64,000 nt of DNA from an uncultured Mycoplasmatota bacterium (GTDB lineage Bacteria > Bacillota_I > Bacilli_A > RF39 > UBA660): NCBI GenBank assembly GCA_946639185.1, contig CAMPBR010000002.1:1097-65096 (forward strand). The letters are read 5' to 3'. Under the pieces are notes generated by a model, which did not search any database, was not told the DNA's origin, and saw only the letters and a list, made by a program, of their open reading frames with translations. Shown one piece after another: positions 9,491-19,209 of the stretch. A program made the translations under genes and the position numbers. Position 1 is the first letter of the stretch. Every line of letters starts with the position of its first letter.

Positions 9491-9524
9491 TGTAAACTTT
9501 GATATAATAATAGTAGGTGATAGT

Positions 9525-10616
9525 ATGCTAGATAAAGCATTAAAATTTTTAAAGAAAATAGAGAGCAATGGTTACGAAGCATATATTGTTGGAGGATTTG
9601 TAAGAGATTATTTACTTGGAATAGAATCTAGTGATATAGATATATGTACTAATGCTAGGCCAAGTGATATAAGAAGAATATTTAAAGATAGTTGTATGCC
9701 TAATGAAGATTATGGTTCTGTTGTTGTTAATACTAAGAATTTAAGATGTGAAGTAACAACATTTAGAAAAGAGATAACTTATGTTAATAATCGTAAACCA
9801 GTAGAATATGTTTATATAGATGATTTATTAGAAGATTTAAAAAGAAGAGATTTTACAATTAATACTATATGTATGAATAAAAATGGTGAAATAATTGATT
9901 TATTAGATGGACAAAAAGATTTAAAAAACTTAGAGATAAATACAGTAGGAAGTTCTAAGTTTAAATTTACTGAAGATTCACTTCGTATTTTACGAGCAAT
10001 TAGATTTGCTACAACTCTAAATTTTAAATTAAATGAAAATGTGAAAAAAGCCATTATTGAAACTAAGCATTTACTTAAAAACTTGTCATATGAAAGAAAA
10101 AAGATGGAACTTGATAAAATATTTTCAAGTATTCATGTTAAATACGGAGTTAAGTTATTAATAGAATTAGGTTTAGATGAAGAATTAGAATTATATAATT
10201 TAAAAAGTATAAGGAATTTTAATAATTTAATTGGTACTTGGACACAACTTGATGTAAGTAATATTTATCCATTTACAAAAAATGAAAAAGATATGATGGA
10301 GGATATTAAAGAAGTATTAGAACTTGATAATTTAAATCCATTAGTATTATATAAATATGGATCTTATGTTAATACGATAGCTGGCGATTTAAAAGGTATA
10401 GATAGAAAAGTAATAATTTCTAAATATGGAAGCTTAGCTATTAAAGATAAAAGTGAGATTAAGATAACTGGTAATGATATAATGGAAATTCTTAATAAAA
10501 AGCCAGGAGTTTATTTAAAAAATATTTTTTCTGATATAGAAAGAAAAATAATTCTAGGAATGTTAGATAATGACAAAAAAGTATTAAAAGAATATATTAT
10601 TAATAATTATAAATAG
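9525..10616 (+). CDS. cca: CCA-adding tRNA nucleotidyltransferase (short form, no HD domain)
   Basis: N-terminal polymerase-beta-type motif YIVGGFVRDYLLG...DIDICT. 363 aa. Confidence 0.8.
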   Translation: MLDKALKFLKKIESNGYEAYIVGGFVRDYLLGIESSDIDICTNARPSDIRRIFKDSCMPNEDYGSVVVNTKNLRCEVTTFRKEITYVNNRKPVEYVYIDDLLEDLKRRDFTINTICMNKNGEIIDLLDGQKDLKNLEINTVGSSKFKFTEDSLRILRAIRFATTLNFKLNENVKKAIIETKHLLKNLSYERKKMELDKIFSSIHVKYGVKLLIELGLDEELELYNLKSIRNFNNLIGTWTQLDVSNIYPFTKNEKDMMEDIKEVLELDNLNPLVLYKYGSYVNTIAGDLKGIDRKVIISKYGSLAIKDKSEIKITGNDIMEILNKKPGVYLKNIFSDIERKIILGMLDNDKKVLKEYIINNYK

Positions 10617-10666
10617 TAGACTTTTAATAAAAGTTTGATATAATAGACACTTAGGAGGTACGGGAT

Positions 10667-11344
10667 ATGAAAACAAGTAAATTAGTAGCAATGCTAAAAA
10701 AGGGTAATTTTGTTGTTCCTATTTATTTATTTCAATTAAGAGATAAAATAAAACTTGATATGGAAGAATTTATGTTTTTAATATATTTAACTAATTTAGG
10801 AGAAAATATATTATTTGATGTTAATAGATTTTCTAGTGATTTAAATATTAGTGTACCTATAATATTATCTTATATTGATGATTTAACTGAAAAGAAATAT
10901 GTAAGTGTTGATGTTAGAAAAAATGATAAGAATGTAATGGAAGAATATGTTAATTTAGATTTATTTTATGATAAATTAACTAATTTTATGATAGATGATA
11001 TAAATCATGATAATGAAGAGGTTACTGATAAGAGTAATGTGTTTGAAGCAATTGAAAAAGAATTTGCTAGACCACTAACTCCTGTTGAATTTGAAATAGT
11101 TCACGCTTGGTTAGAACAAGGTACTAGTGAAGAACTTATATTAGAAGCTTTAAAAGAAGCTGTATATAGTGGTGTTAGTAATTTAAGATATATTGATAAA
11201 ATAATTTATGAGTGGACTAAGAATGGTATTAAAACTAGATTAGATGTTGAAAATAATCGTAAGAATTTTAAACAAAGACAAGAGAAAAAAGAAAAACTAG
11301 AATTATTTGATTACGATTGGTTTGAAGATGGAGAAGATGAATAA
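10667..11344 (+). CDS. dnaD: DnaD-family replication initiation / membrane attachment protein
   Basis: The C-terminal DnaD-like domain carries YIDKIIYEWTKNGIKT. It sits immediately upstream of nth, as in B. subtilis. Confidence 0.65.
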   Translation: MKTSKLVAMLKKGNFVVPIYLFQLRDKIKLDMEEFMFLIYLTNLGENILFDVNRFSSDLNISVPIILSYIDDLTEKKYVSVDVRKNDKNVMEEYVNLDLFYDKLTNFMIDDINHDNEEVTDKSNVFEAIEKEFARPLTPVEFEIVHAWLEQGTSEELILEALKEAVYSGVSNLRYIDKIIYEWTKNGIKTRLDVENNRKNFKQRQEKKEKLELFDYDWFEDGEDE

Positions 11345-11963
11345 TATTAATAAAATAGAAGATTATCTAGATAGTTTATATCCTAATCCTAAATGTGAAC
11401 TTAATTATAATAAAGATTATGAATTATTAATAGCTATTGTTTTAAGTGCGCAAGCTACTGATAAAAGTGTTAATTTAGTTACTCCTAAATTATTTAGTAA
11501 ATATCCTAATTTAAAACTATTAAAAGAAGCTAATATAGATGATATTATATCTATTATTAGATCTATTGGTACATATAATAGAAAAGCTTTTTATGTAAAA
11601 GAAATAGCTAGAATACTTGATGAAGAATGTAATGGAGTAGTGCCAACTGATAGAGATTTATTAGAAAGTATGCCTGGTGTTGGTAGAAAGGTAGTAAATG
11701 TTTTCTTGAGTGAGTTTTATCATTTACCTAATATAGCTGTTGATACTCATGTCAATAGGGTTAGTAAGAGATTAGGTTTAGCTAAAGAAAAAGATGATGT
11801 TTTAAAAGTTGAAAGAAGATTAGAAAAATGTTTTTCAAAAGATAATTGGGCTAAAAGACATCTTCAATTAGTATTATTTGGAAGATATCATTGTAAAAGT
11901 ATTAGACCTAATTGTGATAATTGTTTATTAAAAGATATATGTAAGTATAAAGAAAAAAAGTAG
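11337..11963 (+). CDS. nth: Endonuclease III (DNA-(apurinic/apyrimidinic site) lyase)
   Basis: LIAIVLSAQATDKSVN, a helix-hairpin-helix GVGRKVVNVFL and a C-terminal 4Fe-4S cluster CKSIRPNCDNCLLKDIC. I chose the ATG at 11337 because GGAGAAG precedes it; the ORF track opens earlier, at 11307. Confidence 0.85.
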   Translation: MNNINKIEDYLDSLYPNPKCELNYNKDYELLIAIVLSAQATDKSVNLVTPKLFSKYPNLKLLKEANIDDIISIIRSIGTYNRKAFYVKEIARILDEECNGVVPTDRDLLESMPGVGRKVVNVFLSEFYHLPNIAVDTHVNRVSKRLGLAKEKDDVLKVERRLEKCFSKDNWAKRHLQLVLFGRYHCKSIRPNCDNCLLKDICKYKEKK

Positions 11964-11980
11964 CTCAGCTACTTTTTTAT
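11953..11980. terminator. Bidirectional terminator between nth (+) and mscL (-)
   Basis: Stem gtagc/gctac flanked by an A7 run and a T6 run. Confidence 0.55.
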
Positions 11981-12363
11981 TTGTTTTTTAATTCATTTAA
12001 GATTTGTTCAAGTAATTCTGTTTCGGTAGGACCTGTAGGTACTTGTTTTTCTTCTTCTTTCTTTTTACCAATTGACATTATTTTATTAACAACTTTTAAT
12101 AGTGTAAATAATACAAATGCCATTATTATAAAATTAATTATAGATGTTAGAAAATCTCCCCAATTAATATATTGTCCACCATAAATTTTTAATTTTCCTG
12201 CTACTTCAGCACCACCAATACCATTTATTAATGGATTAATAACATCATTAGTTAAAGCAGTAACGATATTACCAAATGCAGCACCTATAATAACACCTAC
12301 TGCCATATCCATTACATTTCCTCTTAATATAAATTCTTTAAATTCTTTAGCAAAATTTCTCAT
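11977..12363 (-). CDS. mscL: Large-conductance mechanosensitive channel
   Basis: MRNFAKEFKEFILRGNVMDMAVGVIIGAAFGNIV is canonical MscL. 128 aa. Confidence 0.88.
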   Translation of the reverse strand: MRNFAKEFKEFILRGNVMDMAVGVIIGAAFGNIVTALTNDVINPLINGIGGAEVAGKLKIYGGQYINWGDFLTSIINFIIMAFVLFTLLKVVNKIMSIGKKKEEEKQVPTGPTETELLEQILNELKNK

Positions 12364-12452
12364 ATTATCCTCCTTATGTTTATTATAATCTTTTTAGATT
12401 TTCTAAACAAGCATAATTATTAAAATAATACATATACTTTATTGGTGATTAT

Positions 12453-13178
12453 ATGCCTTTTTTAATTAGTTTTTTAGCTGGATGTAGTACTTTAATAGGT
12501 TATTTGTTTATATTCTTAAATGGGCATAAAAACTATGTTTTAACGGGTTCTTTAAGTTTTGCTAGTGGAGTTATGTTTTATGTATCATTATTTGATTTAA
12601 TACCAGAAGGTATTAAACTTATAAGTAAAAATTATTTTATATTATTTTCTTTTGGTTTAACTTTATTTTTTTTATCTTTTGGTATTATATTATCATATTA
12701 TTTAGATAAATTTATTCCAGATAATGATTCTTATTTATATAGAATTGGTCTTATTTCTATGATAGCTATAATTATTCACAATATCCCCGAAGGTATGGCT
12801 ACTTATTTAGCATCAAGTTATGATTTAAAACTTGGTTATATATTAGCTATATCTATAGCTTTACATAATATACCTGAAGGTATTAGTATAAGTATACCTA
12901 TTTATTATAGTACAAGTAGTAAATTAAAGGCTTTTTTATATACTTTTATATCAGGCTTTAGTGAACTTATTGGTTCTTTAATTGCTAGTACTTTTATTTC
13001 TTGTGTTAATTTTGTTTTTATGGGATGTTTATATTCTTTAATTGCTGGGATTATGCTTTATATTAGTATGTGCACTTTATTACCTGCTAGTTTTAAATAT
13101 AATAATATAATATTTTCTATCATTATATTTATTTTTGGTATTATTTTTATTAGATTTAGTATTGTTTTAATTAAATGA
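12453..13178 (+). CDS. ZIP-family (ZupT-like) divalent metal transporter
   Basis: Polytopic membrane protein with two HNIPEG motifs (IIHNIPEGMA and LHNIPEGISI), which are diagnostic of ZIP/ZupT. Confidence 0.7.
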   Translation: MPFLISFLAGCSTLIGYLFIFLNGHKNYVLTGSLSFASGVMFYVSLFDLIPEGIKLISKNYFILFSFGLTLFFLSFGIILSYYLDKFIPDNDSYLYRIGLISMIAIIIHNIPEGMATYLASSYDLKLGYILAISIALHNIPEGISISIPIYYSTSSKLKAFLYTFISGFSELIGSLIASTFISCVNFVFMGCLYSLIAGIMLYISMCTLLPASFKYNNIIFSIIIFIFGIIFIRFSIVLIK

Positions 13179-13205
13179 AAAAAAGCTCTTTCGAGCTTTT
13201 TATTG
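13178..13205. terminator. Bidirectional terminator between the zupT-like gene (+) and ponA (-)
   Basis: Stem aaagctc/gagcttt around loop tttc, with A and T runs on either side. Confidence 0.6.
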
Positions 13206-15794
13206 TTTTGGTGAAGCAGTTGGTGAAGTAGTAGGTGATGTTGTTGGATTAGTAGTTTGAGGCGTATATGTAAATTCATATGTAGCTGCATCAGAATGAT
13301 TATTTGTATAATTTTCATATGTTGTTACTACTTTATATGTTCCTGAAATATTAGTGTTTGCAGTTATTGAATAAGAATTATCAGTAACAAATCCTAATAA
13401 TACATCTCCATAATATACATTATATCCAAATGCTCCGTAGCTTTCTTCACTATCTGCTGGAGTAGCTACTTTATCCCAAGTTATATTTATTTTTTCTTTC
13501 TTTTCATCATAAGTTACTTTTAAGTTTTTAACTTTATCTAATTTATTATATGCTGTAGATACTGTTGTAGGTTCATGACCTTTTTTAAAGTATTCACATA
13601 CTAATTGATCTTCTGGGGTATATTGACTAGGAAGTGTAGCTTCCATATGTCCTTTTTCTACACAAACTCTCGATACACTACTTGGTACTGTGAATTCTTT
13701 ATTATCTCTTGTAAATATTATTCCTCCAATTGCTTGGAATAATCTCTTTCTTTGTACAACCGCTGTTACTGATGAATTGTAGTTACAATTATCCATGTTT
13801 TCATAACCATACCACATAGCTATTGAATATTCTGGATCATATCCAACTAACCATGCATCGTTAACACCATCAGTTATGTGACATTTTTGCTTAACTGTTG
13901 GATCAAAATTTGTTGTACCTGTTTTAGCTGCTACATGAACACCATTCATTTTAGCACCACTACTTAATCCATTTTCAACAGCTGTTTCTAGCATACTTGT
14001 TATCATATAAGCAGTAGCTTCACTCATAGCTTTTTTACCTTCAACTTTAATTGTTTTAACTTCATTATTATTACGATAAACAATTTTGTTTATAGTAGTT
14101 GGTTCATAATATGTACCACCATTAGCAAAGGCAGCATATGCAGCAGCCATTTGTAGTGGAGTAGTACCATCGAATGCTCCAAGCGCATGAGATTCATATA
14201 CGATACCATTTGAAGTTTGAGGTTTAATTCCTAAGTTTGTAGCAAATTCATAAATTTTATTATTACCAGCTTCACTAGCTACAGTTTGGAATGCTTTTAA
14301 AGCTGGGATATTTCTTGATTGAGCAAGTGCAGTACGCATACTTATTTGACCCATGAAGCCACCGTCAGAGTTACCGATTACTTGACCAGTTGAATATTGC
14401 CATGGTTCATCAACTATTTGTTGATATGTTGACCAGTTTAGATATTCGATAGCTGGACCATAATCGAATATTGGTTTAGCAGTTGAACCGATTTGTTTTT
14501 TACCTTGAGTAGCTAAATTTAATCCAAGTGTTCCTTTATTACGTCCACCGGCTAGAGCTACAACTTTACCAGTATCAACATCTATAATAGCAGCAGCACC
14601 TTGAACTGCATCATTATGCCATGAGAATGTTTCACCACTCATTATTTTATCGATACCTTCTTGTTTAGATCTATCCATATTAGTATAAACTAAAACAGAA
14701 GTAGTATTTGGATTGATTCCATATTTATTTTTTAACTCATCATATACTGCTTTAGTATATGCGCCATATTTTGAATTACCATTTGATGGATTTAATAGAG
14801 AAGAAACTGGTATGTTACTAGCTATATCTGCTTCTTCTTGAGTAATGTAGCCATGATGTACCATTAATCTAAGTACTGTATTACGTCTATTATAACTTGC
14901 TTCTGGATGATAAATTGGGTTATATTTTGTTGGATTATTAAATATTCCTACTAAAAGTGCAGCTTCTGATAAATTTAACTCAGTTACACTTTTACTAAAT
15001 AATGTTTGACTTGCTTCTTCAACACCCCAAGCATTATTACCTAAATCATAATTATTAACATAGTATTCAATAATTTCTTCTTTACTATAATTTTTTTCTA
15101 ATTTGAATACTGAAATATATATATCTTCGAATTTACGAATAATTCCATCTAATCCATGACTTCTTTTTTGGGCTGGATCAGTAAAAGTATTTTTACTTAA
15201 TTGCATTGTTAGGGTTGAAGCACCACCGGCATTTTTACCAAGTACTTGACCAATACTAGCTTTAATAAAACGAGGAGCATCAAATCCATTATGTTGGAAG
15301 TATCTTGAGTCTTCTGTAGCAATTAAAGCATCTATAAATACTTCTGGTAAATCATCGTAACTAATGTTTTCTCTTTTTTGCTCTCCTAATTTAGCAAAGT
15401 CTACACCATTCATATCATAAAAGATACTTGATTCTTTTTTATTAAGTTTACTAATATCAAAATCAGGTGAGATTTTAACTATCATAATACAGAAGATAGC
15501 TACTCCAGTACATATTAAAATAGCAAATACAAAGAATATTATTAAAATGATATTTAATATTTTTCTTCTTTTTTTATGACTTTTAACATTATCTAATAAT
15601 CTAGCTATACCTAATATAATAAGTACACCTACTAGTAATACTATAGTAAATTCTAAACCAAATGTTATATAGCAAGCTACTAGTAATGCTAATAATATAC
15701 TTAATATTATTAACATAGGTTTATCTATATTTTTCATTACTCTTTCTATAATATTTTTACTTTTAGTCTTATGACTATTTTTCTTCTTTGCCAT
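13200..15794 (-). CDS. ponA: Class A penicillin-binding protein 1A/1B (glycosyltransferase + transpeptidase)
   Basis: The GT51 motif EDSRYFQHNGFD, the SxxK active site GSTAKP and a KTGT motif are present. There is an N-terminal membrane anchor and a C-terminal Thr/Pro-rich tail. The start overlaps recU, as in Bacillus. Confidence 0.85.
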   Translation of the reverse strand: MAKKKNSHKTKSKNIIERVMKNIDKPMLIILSILLALLVACYITFGLEFTIVLLVGVLIILGIARLLDNVKSHKKRRKILNIILIIFFVFAILICTGVAIFCIMIVKISPDFDISKLNKKESSIFYDMNGVDFAKLGEQKRENISYDDLPEVFIDALIATEDSRYFQHNGFDAPRFIKASIGQVLGKNAGGASTLTMQLSKNTFTDPAQKRSHGLDGIIRKFEDIYISVFKLEKNYSKEEIIEYYVNNYDLGNNAWGVEEASQTLFSKSVTELNLSEAALLVGIFNNPTKYNPIYHPEASYNRRNTVLRLMVHHGYITQEEADIASNIPVSSLLNPSNGNSKYGAYTKAVYDELKNKYGINPNTTSVLVYTNMDRSKQEGIDKIMSGETFSWHNDAVQGAAAIIDVDTGKVVALAGGRNKGTLGLNLATQGKKQIGSTAKPIFDYGPAIEYLNWSTYQQIVDEPWQYSTGQVIGNSDGGFMGQISMRTALAQSRNIPALKAFQTVASEAGNNKIYEFATNLGIKPQTSNGIVYESHALGAFDGTTPLQMAAAYAAFANGGTYYEPTTINKIVYRNNNEVKTIKVEGKKAMSEATAYMITSMLETAVENGLSSGAKMNGVHVAAKTGTTNFDPTVKQKCHITDGVNDAWLVGYDPEYSIAMWYGYENMDNCNYNSSVTAVVQRKRLFQAIGGIIFTRDNKEFTVPSSVSRVCVEKGHMEATLPSQYTPEDQLVCEYFKKGHEPTTVSTAYNKLDKVKNLKVTYDEKKEKINITWDKVATPADSEESYGAFGYNVYYGDVLLGFVTDNSYSITANTNISGTYKVVTTYENYTNNHSDAATYEFTYTPQTTNPTTSPTTSPTASPKQ

Positions 15795-16374
15795 AATTTA
15801 CCTCCATATATTTTTTTATGATTTTCAAGTAATCTAATCTTGGCGAAAATTTTTCTTCTATTTCATATCCTTTTTCTTTAAAGTAGTCATATGGAATAGA
15901 TTTTCTTTCATTATTATCTATAAAGTTAAAGAAATCGCTAGCAAATAATAAATAAGTTTTATTATATTCATTAAATCTTACTATTAAAAAACATATTCCA
16001 CCATTATTTAAAATATTTCTTAAATGCTTTATTTGATGAAGATGTATATTTTCTAGCGGAAAATAAGATTTATTATTTGTTTCTTTAGCTTCAAAATCAA
16101 TATATTTACCACTATACAGTCCATTATAGTCTGTCGTAGATGGACTTTCAAAATAAGCTTCTTTAATTTTGATTTTATTTACTTTATTTATCTTGGTTGG
16201 ATAGTCTACTTTTACTATTTTAATAGGAGTAGGCTTTTTATATATGTAAGCTTGATTTGTGTCGATATAATATTGATTTGATAGATTGATATCATTTTCT
16301 AAATTCATACCACGATTACTATGAAGTGTTTTTTTCTCTTTTAAAATCTCTCTTAAAGGATTTATTGTATTCAT
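15775..16374 (-). CDS. recU: Holliday-junction resolvase RecU
   Basis: NRGMNLENDINLSNQYY ... KKPTPIKIVKVDYP ... TTDYNGLYSGKYIDFEAKET ... GGICFLIVRF matches B. subtilis RecU almost motif for motif. It overlaps the ponA start by 20 nt. Confidence 0.88.
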   Translation of the reverse strand: MNTINPLREILKEKKTLHSNRGMNLENDINLSNQYYIDTNQAYIYKKPTPIKIVKVDYPTKINKVNKIKIKEAYFESPSTTDYNGLYSGKYIDFEAKETNNKSYFPLENIHLHQIKHLRNILNNGGICFLIVRFNEYNKTYLLFASDFFNFIDNNERKSIPYDYFKEKGYEIEEKFSPRLDYLKIIKKYMEVNYGKEEK

Positions 16375-16511
16375 CTAATCACCTATCTAGTTAATTATAC
16401 AATATTTTTATATTTTTTTCTACTATTTATAGCAAATGTTTTGTCTTGTTTTGTCGATTTACTTTATTTTACATATATAAATGTTTATAATACTTTTTAA
16501 AGGAGGATTTT

Positions 16512-16604
16512 ATGTCAAATACTGATTTATTAGAAATACTTAATCGTATGAATAATAAAGTTTTAGAATGTAAATTGGCATTGTATAAAGATATTACTAA
16601 TTGA
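16512..16604 (+). CDS. Possible 30-aa micro-protein (MSNTDLLEILNRMNNKVLECKLALYKDITN)
   Basis: A perfect SD (aaaggaggattttATG) sits 7 nt upstream. It lies in the recU-upstream intergenic region and was not in the ORF track because it is under the length cutoff. Confidence 0.3.
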   Translation: MSNTDLLEILNRMNNKVLECKLALYKDITN

Positions 16605-16662
16605 CTTTTTTATTAAAATACTGTATAATAAAGCCACTTTATACAAAAAGGGGGATGTTACG

Positions 16663-17190
16663 ATGTTTGGATTATATGTTCTAACTACTGCTATTAGTGG
16701 TGGAGTTTTTTATTTAACTTCAAAGGCTTATGATGGTTATTTAAAGCGTAATCATTATATATCTACAACAGGTGAAAAAAAATTAGCTGAACTTAATTTT
16801 GAAATTTTGTCTTATGCTTTTAAAGCATTAATGCCAGGATATAATATTTATATGGCTGTTAAAATGTTATGGGATGGACCTAAACAATTTGAAGCTCAAG
16901 CTTTAGAATCTTTAAAAAAGGGTAAGATTCGTGAAATGACTGATGAAGAAATAGAAAATGAAGAAGCTTTAGAATCTTATGAATTGGTCGACAATAATTA
17001 TAATAATACTGAAAATGAAACTTTTTTGGTTGATGCTACAACAATTAAGCAACATTCAAGTGTTAAATCTTATAATGAGTTAACTGCAGAAGAAAAATTA
17101 GCTTTTTTAAGACAAGAACAAGCTTTTCTTCTTGAAAGTTCTGAAGAGAAAAAAGAAGCTCCAGTTCAGTTTAAATTAGGACAAAAATAG
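16663..17190 (+). CDS. Hypothetical membrane-anchored protein (175 aa)
   Basis: SD aaagggggatgttacgATG. N-terminal hydrophobic helix. No motif. Confidence 0.45.
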   Translation: MFGLYVLTTAISGGVFYLTSKAYDGYLKRNHYISTTGEKKLAELNFEILSYAFKALMPGYNIYMAVKMLWDGPKQFEAQALESLKKGKIREMTDEEIENEEALESYELVDNNYNNTENETFLVDATTIKQHSSVKSYNELTAEEKLAFLRQEQAFLLESSEEKKEAPVQFKLGQK

Positions 17191-17278
17191 TGCTTTTCAC
17201 TATTTTTTTCTTTTATGCTATATATTGACAATTTACCTTAATTTTGGGATAATATTAGCGTAAGGGATTGGTGATAAG

Positions 17279-17611
17279 ATGCAAGGAAAAATTTCTTTAA
17301 CACCTCAAGAAATACTAAAGAAAGAATTTAAAATTGACATGAGAGGTTATTCTCTTAAAGAAGTAGATCAATTCTTAGATGAAATTATTGGGGATTATGA
17401 ACAATTTAATGTAATAATTGAAAATTATGAAGCAAAGATAGAAGAATACTTAAAGGAAATTATGAATTTGAAACAAGAACTTCGTAATGTTAAAATGAGT
17501 ATTGATGTTGCTAAAACAGGGGATAAGGAAGTAACTAATCTTGATGTTTTAAGAAGAATTTCAAATTTAGAAAAAATTGTTTACGGAAAAGATAAGGATA
17601 TGGAAGATTAA
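17279..17611 (+). CDS. gpsB: Cell-cycle/divisome protein GpsB (DivIVA-domain)
   Basis: ISLTPQEILKKEFKIDMRGYSLKEVDQFLDEIIGDYE is the DivIVA/GpsB N-terminal domain. 110 aa. rnpB is adjacent, as in B. subtilis. Confidence 0.8.
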   Translation: MQGKISLTPQEILKKEFKIDMRGYSLKEVDQFLDEIIGDYEQFNVIIENYEAKIEEYLKEIMNLKQELRNVKMSIDVAKTGDKEVTNLDVLRRISNLEKIVYGKDKDMED

Positions 17612-17957
17612 AATACTTTGACAAACGCTATATTCTAGTAATATAGAGGAAAGTCCATGCTCACACAGTACTGTGATGTCTGTAGTGTTCGTGCTAGGGG
17701 AATAAATAACCCTAGGTAGCAATAGCTAACGGCGATAACTATTCCTAAACTTCGGCATGGAATAGTATCATAAAGTGCCACAGTGACGATGCTTTTTTGA
17801 AAAAAGAAGAGTGAAACGATGGTAAACCCCACGAGTGAGAAACCCAAAATTGGTAGGGGAGTCTTAACGAAAGAATCGAATGGAGTTAAGGACCGAAAGG
17901 TAGATAGATGTTTGTCACCTCTAAAGAGGTACAGAACATGGCTTATAAAGTATTTTT
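17612..17957 (+). ncRNA. rnpB: RNase P RNA, type B (Bacillus-type)
   Basis: The conserved blocks AGAGGAAAGUCCAUGCUCACACAG, GUAGUGUUCGUGCUAGGG, AGUGCCACAGUGACGAUG, GGUAAACCCCACGAGUGAGAAACCCAAAAUUGGUAGGGGA and ACAGAACAUGGCUUAUAAAG align almost base for base with the B. subtilis RNase P RNA. A P1 helix is formed by AUACUUUGACAAAC at the 5' end and GUUUGUCA...AAAGUAU at the 3' end. The ends are approximate to +/-10 nt. Confidence 0.88.
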
Positions 17958-17982
17958 TTATTTTGTTAGAAGGTGAATAACT

Positions 17983-18492
17983 TTGAAAGAAATAGGAGAG
18001 TTTTTAAAGCAAGCAAGAATATCTAATGGTGTTAGTTTAGATGAAGCTTGTGAGGATTTAAACTTAACTAATGATTATTTAGAAAATTTAGAAGAAGGTA
18101 ACGTTAGAGCATTTAAAGATGTATATGCTTTAAAAGAATCTGTTAGAGAATATAGTAAATATTTAGGACTTGATCCTGATAAAATAATGGATGAATTTAA
18201 TGACTTTATGTTTGAACACACATCTAAGATATCTTTAGATGATATAATTGAAGCAAGAAAAATTTCCAAAGAAATAGATGAAAAGAATAAAGTTATTTCT
18301 CCATATACTAAAATTCCAAAAAAGAAAATAGATTTAAGTAAAATTAAGTGGAAAAAGATTATTACTATTATTGGCGCTTTAGTATTAATAGTAGTGGCAA
18401 TTATTATATTTTATAAACTTAATGATAAAGAAGAAAAGATAACTAATGAATTAATGGGAAGGGTTAGTGAATATTATGAATTTTCCAACTAA
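17983..18492 (+). CDS. RodZ-like protein: an XRE-type HTH, one transmembrane helix and a short C-terminus. TTG start.
   Basis: N-terminal HTH (FLKQARISNGVSLDEACEDLNLTNDYLENLEEG) followed by a TM segment (IITIIGALVLIVVAIIIF). It sits upstream of pgsA, as ymfM/rodZ does in Bacillus. Confidence 0.55.
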   Translation: MKEIGEFLKQARISNGVSLDEACEDLNLTNDYLENLEEGNVRAFKDVYALKESVREYSKYLGLDPDKIMDEFNDFMFEHTSKISLDDIIEARKISKEIDEKNKVISPYTKIPKKKIDLSKIKWKKIITIIGALVLIVVAIIIFYKLNDKEEKITNELMGRVSEYYEFSN

Positions 18493-19078
18493 ATTAACAG
18501 TAACTAGAATTGTTTTATCAATTTTAATAATGATTATTATGGTATTTCCATTTGAAACAATTGGTATTAGTTTACCCACTTTAAGAACTGGAGTAGATAT
18601 TAGTGTTAAGTATCTTGTATGTTGTTTATTGTTTATTGTAGCTAGTTTAACTGATTTTTTTGATGGATATTTAGCTAGAAAGAATAATCAAGTTACTGAT
18701 TTAGGAAAAATGTTAGATTCAATAGCTGATAAGATTTTAGTTAATCCAGTTTTAGTTATTTTTGCAAGTGAGGGAATTATTAGTCCAATCGTACCAGTAG
18801 TCGTAGTTACACGTGATATAGTAGTTAATGCTATTAAGATGGAAGCTGCATCTCATGGTAAAGTAGTTGCAGCAATTGGATCTGGAAAAATTAAAGCCGC
18901 TGCACTTATGGTTGGTATTGTTTTATTATTTATAAGTGATGTACCATTTATTTATATTAATGTTAGAATAGATTTATTACTTATCTATTTTGCAACAATT
19001 ATGTCACTTGTATCAATGGTTCAATATTATAATTTAAATAAGCATCTTTTTAAGAAAGAAGATACTGAAACAATTTAG
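18476..19078 (+). CDS. pgsA: CDP-diacylglycerol--glycerol-3-phosphate 3-phosphatidyltransferase
   Basis: The CDP-alcohol phosphatidyltransferase motif DFFDGYLARKNNQVTDLGKMLDSIADK is present. I chose the ATG at 18476 (MNFPTKLTVTRIVL...); the ORF track starts 9 nt earlier. Confidence 0.85.
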   Translation: MNFPTKLTVTRIVLSILIMIIMVFPFETIGISLPTLRTGVDISVKYLVCCLLFIVASLTDFFDGYLARKNNQVTDLGKMLDSIADKILVNPVLVIFASEGIISPIVPVVVVTRDIVVNAIKMEAASHGKVVAAIGSGKIKAAALMVGIVLLFISDVPFIYINVRIDLLLIYFATIMSLVSMVQYYNLNKHLFKKEDTETI

Positions 19079-19100
19079 TAGCGAAAGCTACTTTTTTTTT
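19077..19100 (+). terminator. Rho-independent terminator after pgsA
   Basis: Stem agtagc/gctact around loop gaaa, then a T9 run. Confidence 0.7.
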
Positions 19101-19187
19101 GAAAAAATGTATAAAAATCTTTTGAAAAATTAAAATTTCTATATAGAATAAGGATTTTTCATTGCTTTTTCTAAATGAAAAATCAAT

Positions 19188-19201
19188 AAAACAAATGTTC
19201 G
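19188..19201 (+). promoter_or_regulatory. Possible degenerate LexA (Cheo/SOS) box upstream of recA
   Basis: AAAACAAATGTTCG set against the consensus CGAACNNNNGTTCG. The right half is perfect; the left half matches 3 of 5 positions. Confidence 0.3.
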
Positions 19202-19209
19202 AAAAAAGC

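Noticed and set aside
9812-10054. 80-aa minus-strand ORF inside cca
   Set aside because: Antisense shadow of a confidently identified gene.
11981-13318. Plus ORF 11981..12184 inside mscL and minus ORF 13058..13318 inside the ZIP transporter gene
   Set aside because: Antisense shadows of confidently identified genes.
17635-17847. 70-aa minus-strand ORF
   Set aside because: It lies wholly inside the RNase P RNA gene (rnpB), has no SD and its composition is atypical. It is an artefact of the GC-richer structured RNA.
18075-18269. 64-aa minus-strand ORF inside the rodZ-like gene
   Set aside because: Antisense shadow.
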